A DNA stretch of 64,000 nt, taken from NCBI GenBank assembly GCA_964016885.1, contig OZ024741.1, positions 272,180,001-272,244,000 of the forward strand, in the 5' to 3' direction. Made by a program: the position numbers and the translations under genes. This DNA comes from Eledone cirrhosa. Lineage: Eukaryota. Under the pieces are notes generated by a model that saw nothing but the letters and a program-made list of their open reading frames with translations, did no database searches and was not told the origin of the DNA. Below are positions 54,016 through 64,000 of the stretch, in pieces; the first letter of the stretch is position 1, and each line of letters starts with the position of its first letter.

Positions 54016-55435
54016 TTAAATAATCAAGAAACAAACATGACAACTAATGAAAACTTTTATGTTGGTACAAAAGAAAGGCATCTGAAATGATACACATGTG
54101 ATATTGCTCATACTCTAGGGTCCAAAATGAGGGTGGGGGGTTACTAATTTTTCTGACTATCCACTGTCTTGGTGGCACCTAGGGTCTGTGCCTTTTACTT
54201 TAGCATTTGACTGTCCAGTGTCATGGTTGCACCTTGGGGTTTATATCTTCTACTTTAGCCTCAGTATGTCCTGTGCCTTGTGGGTATATACGTTCCATAT
54301 ATCATCATCATCATCTTTATGTCAATTTATTAGATGATGATGATGCCACCACCACCACCATTTTGAACCAATATATATTGAAAGTGGGAAAATCCAACTA
54401 AAATGAAAATATTAGTCATGAAATTTACATGGAAGTCTATTATAACTTTCTGTGAAAGACGAACCACACACCTCCCTCACCCCACCACCACCCACATAGA
54501 CTCATACGCAGCATATGTGAAGTATGGGTGTGGGGTATGAAGGGCATCCCCCGACTAAGGAGTGAGCGTATATACATTTATATATATATAGTAATAATAA
54601 TAAATGTGAAGACTAAAATCCAAAGAGGGCTCGATAAGGATAAATATATATCAAATATATAAGAACCATAGAGCAAATATTTATTAAAATAACAGATTAA
54701 AGTTTAAGCAAAGAATCGCTGCTTTCACCCTTAACGGGATCTTCTGAAACTAAAAAAAATCAATCTATGAACGCAGAAGTATTTACTTCTGCGTTCACAG
54801 ATTGATTTTTTATCTGTTATTTTAATAAATATATATATATATATATATATATGTCAAATTTAAAAAATGGAGTAAAAGACTCACATTAATTGCCTTGTGA
54901 TTTAATGAGCTGAAGGAATAGAATCCTGATTCTTTATAAATCTGCATATAGAGAAAAGTACACATAGAGATATGTGTTCAATCATAGGGGATAAAAAACC
55001 CACCAGTGTGATGAAATGAACATAAAAGATCAGTTTATATAGCTGCTTTTAACACTTTGATTTCCATATTCCATATTTTTAATGAAATGATTTTGAAAAT
55101 AATCAAAAATTTGGAAAAAATTTATTAGAATAACTAACTTTCTCGTTATTAACCCTTTCAAAGTTGGTGGGGGTTGGTAAAATCAGTAGAGCATCAGATG
55201 AAATACATTGTAGGATTTTGTTACGACCCTTTATATTCTGGTTTCAAATTTCAAAGAGGTCAACTTTGCTGTTCTTCCTTCTGAGGTTGATAAAATAAAG
55301 TACCAGTTAAATACTGGGGTTGATATAACCGCCTAAATTGCTGGCTTTGTGCCTGATTCAGAAACCGTTATTGCTCTTTTCAGTCTTGACCAGGAGGAAA
55401 TAACCCATGCCTGCACCTGAGTTCCCTAACCAATA

Positions 55436-56316
55436 CGGGTGTGGACGATATTTGTTCGCAATTTTCAACTGCTAATTTTATGCAAATTTTTTTGACTTCC
55501 GTTGTCACTCTTGTCTTCATAAAAACAGTAATTTATTTATTTTCAGAATAATTGATTATGAATAATTTTGAACCTCCAAATTTGTGGAAGAGACACGGAG
55601 TTCTTCTTGGAATCCGCACCGGGAGGACAAATAAGACCAGAAGATCAACTCCCAGAACAACAGGTGGCTCGTTGTCTCATCCAAAGACTCGCCCAGAATC
55701 ATGCAGACAAAGTTTCCAGCGACAACATTGGTCTTAGGTGTCGTCAGCAGTCAAGGTGACGTCATGCCACCTCACTTCTTCCCTGAGGGCCTCAAGCTGA
55801 ACACCGATGGCTACATCTGCATTTTGAGCGAGGTAGTAAAGCCCTGGATCGACCAGGTAGCTGTAGGTAGGCCGTACGTGTGGCAGCAAGACTCAACGCC
55901 CTGCCATACCAGCCGAAAGACCCAAGCCTGGCTGTCAGAGAACTTAGTCGACCACACTTCACCTGACATCTGGCCTGCCAGCTCGCCTGACTGCAACCCC
56001 CTCGACTTCTTTGTGTGGGGCACAGTGGAACGAGACACCAACAGATCTAGCTGCAATATGAAAGACGATCTGAAAGCCAGGATCACAAGTGCCTTTAGAG
56101 TCCTAAGTCGGGGGACAGTGACAAAGGCCTGTAGCTGGTTCCAAGGCGGCCTTGAGGCCATCATCAAAGCCAATGGCGGGTTTATCGAGTGAGATCGAAA
56201 GAACAAGTCATGAAGACAAACTGACCAAAGTTTGATAAATATATTTTAAAAAATAAAACTACTGTCTTATTTTTTCATAGACAGTAATCTTGCGAACAAA
56301 TATCGTCCACACCCTG
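55436..56316 (+). mobile_element. Internally deleted Tc1/mariner-superfamily transposon, DD37D (maT) type, with both TIRs and a TA TSD
   Basis: TA|c(a)gggtgtggacgatatttgttcgcaa ... ttgcgaacaaatatcgtccacaccctg|TA. ORF 55701-56192 has WQQD-x37-D (SPDCNPLDFFVW). Confidence 0.92.
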
Positions 56317-56427
56317 TATGTTAAAGTGTTGGAATCACTGGTTGTCTCAATTTATAGCTTACTGTATTCATTCATGTATACATGGACATACACATACATG
56401 CATATATATATACCTGCACATACACAC

Positions 56428-57882
56428 AGTCAGCAAGGTTAGAATTAACAACGAATATAGTGAAGAATTTAGCGTAAAAGTTGGTGTTCATCAGGGCTCT
56501 GCCCTTAGCCCCCTCCTATTTATTATTGCCCTTCAGGCTATAATAGAGGAGTTCAAGGCCGGCTGCCCATGGGAACTTCTATATGCAGATGATCTAACGC
56601 TCATAGCTGAATCGATGGCTGAACTAGACAAGAAATTCCAAACATGCAAGCATGGCCTAGAATCAAGAGGACTTAAAGTTAACTTGTCTAAGACTAAAGT
56701 TCTAGTATGTAGGAAGGAAAATAGGACACAGATCCCCTCTGGGAAATGGCCATGCTCAGTGTGTAGGAAAGGAGTAGGCAGAAATTCCATTTTATGTCCC
56801 AAATCCAAAGTATGGGTGCATAAAAGATGTAGTGGGATCACAGGTAAGCTATCTAAGAACGTAGATTTTATATGTGGCCAGTGCTCAGGTGCAATAAGTA
56901 GCAAGTGCCCACAGGATACTAGCTCCTTCTATTGCCCAGATGGTTCTATAGAAATAGTGGACACCTTCCGTTACCTGGGTGACAAAATCAGCAGTGGTGG
57001 AGGGTACTCTGAAAGTACAGTAGCCAGAGTCAGAACGGGATGGAAAAAGTTCAGAGAGCTTATACCACTATTGGCCACTAAAGGTTTCTCTCTAAAAATG
57101 AAAGGCAGCCTGTATGATGCCTGCATACGAACAGCAATGTTACATGGCAGTGAGACATGGGCATTGTGTGCAGAGGATGTGCGCAGACGGGAGAGGAACG
57201 AAGCATGTATGCGCCGTTGGATGTGTAATAGTAATATATGTGAACGGCAAAGCATAAATGAACTAAGTGAGAAATTAGGAATAAGAGGGATCAGATGCTG
57301 TTTACTCGAGAGAAGACTACGTTGGTATGGTCACATGATGCGCATGAAAGACAACAGCTGTATAAAAAAAGTGCAGGACGATCAAAATTGATAGAAGTTA
57401 CGGAGTAGGCAGACCCAGAAAAAACTGGGACGACATGATAAATTCCAACCTTACACACTTACACCTCTCTAAGTCAATGTCACTGGACCGAGATCTTTGG
57501 CGCTACACAGTAATACAGAAGCAGTAGGCACCTCTTAACAAAATATACACCGCCATCCCACTACCCCTACTATCCCCCACCGCCATCAACACCACCCCTT
57601 TCTCTGTAAAGTTATGTTGGTACCACAACATCCAGTCCTAAATAAATGAGGTCATGTAAAAAAAACACACAGTCCACACTGTAATGTGGCTGTGTAGGTA
57701 ACACGGTAAAAACCTCCCAGTCCACACTGTAAACGTGATTGGTGTTAGGAAGGGCATCCAGCCGTAGAAAACCTGCCAGACAGTCCTATACGAGCGAGAC
57801 GACCAATCTTGCCTCAAGTGGGACAATTCCCGTCTCAACCCATGCTAGCGTGGAAGATAGGCGTTAAACAATGATGATGATG
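56428..57882 (+). mobile_element. RTE LINE 3' fragment (RT C-half, PHD-like insert, UTR, (GAT)n tail)
   Basis: GVHQGSALSPLLF, YADD, HGSETW. Confidence 0.93.
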
Positions 57883-58574
57883 ACACAAGTTTTAATATCA
57901 ATGGGTTAAAGACATGTAAAATCAATTAGTGGTTAGTTCTGCAGTCTAAAGTCCCTAGAGAGAATGATTTTTGTACAAGTTGAAAACATGTATGTATACA
58001 TAAATCTATATATACACATGTACATGTACACACATACACACACTCCTAGATATATATATTGAGAGAGTGTGAAACCCAAAGGTCATTATTGAAAGTCTCT
58101 GGATATGTATATTTCACAAGCTACTTTATATTTTTTATCAGAGAAGTTAAGACCAGTCACTTGCATACTCTACTCTAAATAACAGTAAACTACACTTTAA
58201 CAATTATTTAAAAATTTAATTATAACATTCTGTATTAACATTTAGTATGACTGTATACTGTAGCATATAGAGAAATATATACAGTATATATACACAATAA
58301 TTTATTTTAAAAAAATACACATTTTTTCCTGCAAAAATTTGATTACACTAATTTGTTTTCACTTATGTATTTTTTGAAAATGTTATTTATTCATTATAGA
58401 AATTAAACTATAACATTCTATATGTGGGTGGACCCCCTTTATCTCCTGGCAACCAATATTTTTAGACCCAGTCCACTACTGTATATATATATATATATAT
58501 ATATAGTGAAAAGTTAGTGCCCGGTGGCTGAACTCATGCTATTTCATTGGTGGTGGGTTGATGAAAATAAATAT

Positions 58575-59620
58575 ATGAACTAAATGAACTGAGAGAGAAA
58601 CTCGGCATAAGATGGATCAAATGCAGTGTGCAGGAGAGGAGATTGTGGTGGTATGGACATGTGATGTGTATGAAGGATGACAGCTGTATAAAAAGGTGCA
58701 GGGTACTCAAAGTTGATGGAAGAGGAAGACCTAGGAAAGTTTGGGATGAAGTGATAAAAGCTGACCTCACACAATTTCACCTCTCAAAAGTGATGACACA
58801 AGAATGAGGTCTTTGGCGTTATGCCAGAAGACCCACCCTCCCAGTGCCACAAGATGAAGCAGCATCCTGTGGCCTCTAGTATTCACCACTTGTCTCTCTG
58901 CCCCTCCATACAGTACTGTAGAAGACCAACCTTCCCATGTGTATGGGATGAAGTAACATCTAGTGGTCTCTAGTATACACCACTTCTCCCTTTCCCCCTT
59001 CCATACACCTCTCACATCTTAACACTCCACCCTTCACCAGCTAAGTACTCTACCCTAGACCTATCTTACCAATCCCCCCTCTACCCCCTGCTGGTTTCAC
59101 AACAAAAGCCTGTAGTCCACCCTGTAAGGTGGTAATATTGGTGACACGACAGAAGGCACTGCCCTATAATGTAGGAGGGTTGGTGATGCGACAAAAGCGC
59201 CCAGTCCACCCTGTAGTGTGGTCGTGTTAGCGACATGACAAACGGCCAGTCCACCCTGTAAAGTGGTTGTGATGGAGTGATGGCAAAAGTATCCAGTCCA
59301 ACCTGTCAAGGGGTTGTGATGGTGACATCACAAAAAGTAGCCATTTGTGGTGCCAAGCACCCAGCCCACACTGTACAGTTGTCGCTTTGGTGCCACATCA
59401 AAAAGCACTCAGTCCACACTGTAAAGTGTTTGTTTTGGTACCACTATAAAAGGCATGCAGTCGACGCTGTAAATGTGGTTGGTGCTACGAAGAGCACCCA
59501 GCCTTACAAACCAAGCCCAAAACAGTTCTGTATGAGCAAGACACTGTCATCTAACTTGACTTGACTCACAACACCTCTAACCCATGCTAGCATGAAAAAA
59601 TGGATGTTAAACAGTGATGA
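58575..59620 (+). mobile_element. Older RTE 3' end with an internally repetitive UTR
   Basis: Similar to 6590-6850; repeated ccagtccaccctgta units. Confidence 0.75.
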
Positions 59621-59701
59621 ACTGGCCTATCCTCACGAAGTAACAACATAACAACTACATATATGCACCTTATCTTCTGCAACTCTCATTACCACAGCAG
59701 A

Positions 59702-59786
59702 GGTCCGACGAGCTTTGGATTCCAGAGTTGGGCCAGATCGATACAGATCAAACCTTGAGCTGATCAATAGCGAAACACACGTCACC
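59702..59786 (+). ncRNA. Degenerate type I hammerhead motif with an extended stem II; second copy at about 28285-28378(-)
   Basis: ggt-CcGACGA-gct...agc-GAAAC-acac-GTC-acc. One core substitution. Confidence 0.5.
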
Positions 59787-60697
59787 AATCAATAAACGTA
59801 ATGAAGATATAACAAATCGTCCTTGTATTAGCAGTGGATTGGCAGTATTGGTAGAGTGTCAGACACTATACTTTGCAGCATAGAGTTATGGCCTTTTACG
59901 TTCTGAGTTCAAATCACGCTAAGGTTAACTTTGCCTTTCATCCTTACGGGGTCGATAAAATAAAGTACTAGTCACGCACTGGAGTCGATTTAATTGACTT
60001 TCCCCTCCCCCAAATTTGCTGGACTTGTGCCTATATAAGAAACTATTTTATATATATATATATATCATCATCATCATCATCATTTCATTTTACGTCCGCT
60101 TTTTCCCTGCTTGCAAGGGTGGGACGGGAACTGATTCTGGGTTGATTTCTACAGCTGGATGCCCTTCCTAACACCAACCTCATTTACAGTGAGTGATGGG
60201 TGCTTTTTTGCCGTGGCACCTCCACGACCACTTTACAGTCCCTATCATCTCATTTCTACAGCTGAGTAAACTGGAGCAATGTGAAATAAAGTGTCTTGCT
60301 CAAGGAAACAACACATCACCCGGTCTGAGAATTGAAAAGCAAAGGAAAAAAGAGTGCTCTATGTATAGAACAGAGCTATTTAATTAGAAAGTGAACAACA
60401 CAAAAGTTATATTTTGTGTTCACTTTCTAATTAAATATATATATATTAACATAGTATCCTAATAAGTCATACTCTACTATCCCAAGTATCGAGTACTCTG
60501 CTGAATAATGGCCTTGCTAGTTTAATACTGATTTAGTCCTGATGTTTGTCTTGTTATTTCTGTTTACCGTTTACACACACACATATATATCTGGAACTAG
60601 CTGTTGAGACGGCAAGAGCTCAGCCGTTTTTCCCGACTCTTTATAATATATATATATATAATATATAAGAACAAAAGATGGTTAAAAGAGTTCCATG

Positions 60698-60768
60698 TAT
60701 TTTATTATGCGCATTTCAAAAACAAATATCATCATGCAATAATATTTGTGTTTTCATCAGATAAAACA
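60698..60768 (-). ncRNA. Mirror-image minimal type I hammerhead ribozyme in the left arm
   Basis: Exact reverse complement of 60863-60933. Confidence 0.8.
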
Positions 60769-60862
60769 GGAAGACATGATATGAAGGTTAAAAAACACTT
60801 GTGGATAGTGCAGTTTTAAATCAACATATAATATGTTTTTTAACCTTCATATCATGTCTTCC

Positions 60863-60933
60863 TGTTTTATCTGATGAAAACACAAATATTATTGCATGAT
60901 GATATTTGTTTTTGAAATGCGCATAATAAAATA
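60863..60933 (+). ncRNA. Minimal type I hammerhead ribozyme with an intact core
   Basis: Stem I tgttttat/ataaaata, CTGATGA at 60871-60877, long stem II, GAAA at 60914-60917, palindromic TGCGCA loop III, AUA triplet with predicted cleavage after 60925. Confidence 0.8.
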
Positions 60934-61261
60934 CATGGAACTCTTTTAACCATCTTTTGTTCTTATATGTTATGTATACTCCAGCCCTACAAATTGTAGA
61001 GTGCTTCTTATCCGATATCTGCATTGCTTTATTGTACTACAATAAAACTCACCTCCTACATATATATATATATTTAATTAGAAAGTAAACAATATTAACA
61101 TACGTCTAGGTCGCTCAAGCGACGTATTAATATTGTCAAGGGCCTGAAACCTTTGGTAATGGAGTAATATATTGTGTTGTTCACTTTCTAATTAAATAGC
61201 TCTGTTCTATACATAGAGCATTCTTTTTTTGTTTGCTTTTTCTTCGGAAATACTTTATATA

Positions 61262-61305
<44 letters not shown>

Positions 61306-61390
61306 CAAAGGGATATTTAATTTGTGGGTAATTCAACAAATATATTTATAACAGATTCGAAGCACTCGACAAGTTTTCTGGAGTATAATA

Positions 61391-61675
61391 TCAATGATAT
61401 TAATAAATGGAAACTATATTTATTCTATTATATATATTTCAAGGGTACCAAAACCTTGGTATGCCCTCATCAGATAAAATACAATATTTGTTTTATAAAT
61501 AGTGACATACTCAGGAATCAGACCTTAACGGTTCAAGTTCCGGAGTATGTCACTATTTATAAAACAAATTTTGTATTTTATGTGATGAGAGCATACCAAG
61601 GTTTTGGTACCCTTGAAATATAAATAATAGAATAAATATGGTTTTATAAATATAGTTTCCATTTATTTAATATCA

Positions 61676-61680
<5 letters not shown>
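61391..61680. repeat. Second fold-back element of an unrelated family, with hammerhead motifs in both arms
   Basis: Arms at about 61391-61517 and 61538-61680. Confidence 0.9.
61421..61481 (-). ncRNA. Minimal type I hammerhead motif; the right-arm copy at about 61574-61634(+) has GTGATGA instead of CTGATGA
   Basis: tattttat-CTGATGA-gggcataccaaggttttggtaccctt-GAAA-tatata-TA-atagaata. Confidence 0.68.
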
Positions 61681-61741
<61 letters not shown>

Positions 61742-62064
61742 GAAAAGAAATTGAAAATGCAACTGGAGTCTTTTAAGAATATTTGTTTACTTTACCGGTT
61801 TCACAGTTCTTATGATTTTCAGAAGTAAAATTGGGATGGAGGGTTTGTGTCGCATGTATGTATGTATGTGTGTGTGTGTTCATAGAGAAAGAGTGAGGGA
61901 GGGGGAGAGAATAGGAACAGATGAGGGCATTCGTATATTTTTATACAGAGATAAAGAAAATAAGTCGACGCTAACGTGTTGTTCAGCTGACGTCCGTTGT
62001 GATATATTAGTCCTCATTCCTAAGTGATTACTTACAACAAACTCCATATTCAGTTCATTTAACG

Positions 62065-62212
62065 ATGTCTTTACCAACAGCTTCCCGTATCATAACACGA
62101 TGTTTAGCTGGCAGGATGATGACCACGGCTGCAGACTCACTTGATGCTTTGACTGTCATTCACAAACCTAATTTGAATAAATTTATTATAGATTTACCAC
62201 CACAACCTCCAA
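62065..62212 (+). CDS. First coding exon of a probable NATD1-like (GNAT/YjdJ-type) protein with a mitochondrial-presequence-like N-terminus
   Basis: ATG preceded by unique CpG-containing sequence, GTAAGT donor at 62213. LTVIHKPNLNKFIIDL resembles the NATD1 V.H......F...L start. The N-terminus is Arg/Ser/Thr-rich and lacks acidic residues. Confidence 0.55.
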
Positions 62213-63427
62213 GTAAGTTTGGCTGTGTTAGACCTATGATAGTTGTAAACATTAAAATGCCGCTTGTGTTGTTTGTGTCTCGGCATTGTTATTGTTATAT
62301 ATCGATATAAGGTTGTGTGGGTGGTAGAATTGTTAGCGCATCGGACCAAGTACTTTCTTGTTTTTTACGTTCTAAGTTCAAATCACAGTACCGGGGTTGG
62401 TAAAATAAAGTACTAGTCCGTTACCCCGCCTCCCCCTGACACACGCACACACACAAATTGCTGGCCTTGTGCCTATGTTAAAAACTATTATCAACATCGA
62501 TATATATATTTTTAATCTTGTTTATCCCTGATCCAACAGATGTAGGAGCAAAAACGTTCCAACCATGCCTATATATTCTTTTATTTTCCTCATAGTCGTC
62601 TCTAGACGTGCGATATGAAAGAGATTGTAACTGCTATTTCAAGCAGGTCAAGCAACCAAGCAGAGGCTCGGTTGTTTTGGTGGATATTGTAGTTATTGAG
62701 ATGACCTTTAGTAATTCTTGTTTGTTTGTTAAGGCTCACATTTTAAGTATGTCTAGCCAGCCTCTTATGAAGTATCTCTCAGGAAATTTCGGTGAACTTT
62801 TACATACTTTCGGGTCCCAAATAGTGTGTGTGGGGTGGGGGTGGGGGGTCGATAATTTTTCAGATTGTCTCCGTTGATTTAAAAAGAAACAAAACCGAAT
62901 TAGTCGTTTAGCTTACATATTGAGACCCCCAACCCATCCTATTCATTTTATAATTATGGTATTTCTAGTCATGTACTTTTTTGTTATGTATAATGTTTTT
63001 TAATGTCTAAAGAAAATTAATTGTCGCAGGAATGCGACCACTTAAAATAGAATTTCACTGGGGATAGATTAGCAAAATCTAAAACGCAGGAGTTGCGAAA
63101 TATCTGAAAAATTAATAAGCGGTGTTTGTGTTTTCAATGATACTGACTTCCAAACCCTTTTTTATATCGGAGGGGGGACAATATTTTTAAAGAACATTAA
63201 AAAAAATTAAAATCCCCTTATTGGACACGAAGCCACACTGAAAGTAATTTTATATTGAATAACCGAGCCAATGACAACCTGTCTGGTGTTGGGTTTGTGT
63301 TAAGAAAACAAGGAGTGCTGATCCCCACCTCCTCCTTGTAAGTAAAAAAACGAATAATTCCAGATGGCTTTGAAGGTCAGATTTGTTCAAAACACTCTTT
63401 AAAAATGTAGGAAACATTTTAATGAAA

Positions 63428-63567
63428 TTTCCGAGTGTGGGGAAATTTCGAGGATTCCCCCTCCTTCCCCTTCCGATATCTGAAAAACAAGTCATTCCCG
63501 AGTGTGGGGAAATTTCGAGCATCCCCTGTCCTTCCGTCTCCGATATCTGAAAAACAAGTCATTTCCG
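63428..63567. repeat. Two tandem copies of a ~67-bp unit
   Basis: ccgagtgtggggaaatttcgag...ccgatatctgaaaaacaagtca occurs twice. Confidence 0.85.
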
Positions 63568-63599
63568 ACTAGTTTGGAGGTCAGATTCGTTGAAAGCAC

Positions 63600-63632
<33 letters not shown>

Positions 63633-64000
63633 TGAATTGGAAACGGGTTTTTCTGTAAATTTTACCGAAATTTCTTTGGGTGTTTTAATGATACAATAGG
63701 ACCCAGTCTTATGTTGATACTGCTCACATATATAAAAGCTTAGCAATCCTCCTATGATGTTGCGTCTTGTAGGAGTTCTTTTTTTTTCCAGGTATTGGAT
63801 GTAATAATAGGGGCCACAGTCGTATTAGGTTGTTACAGTCCACACTTATGTAAGTTTAGCTAGCTTTCATGAAATTGCATCTCTTAAGGGGTTTCTTTGG
63901 GTGTTTTAATAATAGGGACCCCAGTACTATTATATGACTATTTTCCAGGTAGAGCCACTACTTCTCTGAATTGAGAGATCACAGCTCTAATACTACCAAC

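Larger units (their letters stand above)
60663..60968. repeat. Perfect inverted repeat with 135-bp arms and a 36-bp spacer (Penelope-like fold-back)
   Basis: Arms at 60663-60797 and 60834-60968. The ORF track shows the identical peptide on both strands. Confidence 0.95.

Noticed and set aside
60604-61024. Identical small protein encoded on both strands
   Set aside because: This is a trivial consequence of the perfect inverted repeat.

Overview
Repeat-rich animal genomic DNA with spliced genes and no prokaryotic features. The repeat families suggest an octopus or other cephalopod, which is an inference. Three + strand genes are visible. (1) The 3' part of a multi-pass membrane protein with a Cys-rich loop and a long Ser/Pro-rich tail (exons 767-947, 7939-8129, 9868-10355, 14127-~15663). 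It has a triplicated in-frame splice acceptor and an unexplained +1 frame break at 14713. (2) A complete 4-exon HDDC3/MESH1 gene (32985-54015, 182 aa). (3) The first coding exon of a probable NATD1-like gene (62065-62212). Most of the rest is RTE-clade LINE fragments, two tRNA-derived SINE families, a DD37D (maT) transposon remnant, MITEs, a Helitron-like end and three multi-kb satellites. One RTE is nearly complete and has a twin-priming-type 5' inversion. The most striking unannotated signal is a set of fold-back elements from several unrelated families whose arms carry minimal type I hammerhead ribozyme motifs of the Penelope type. The best example is an intact pair at 60663-60968. Repeat boundaries and RNA folds were worked out by eye and are approximate.
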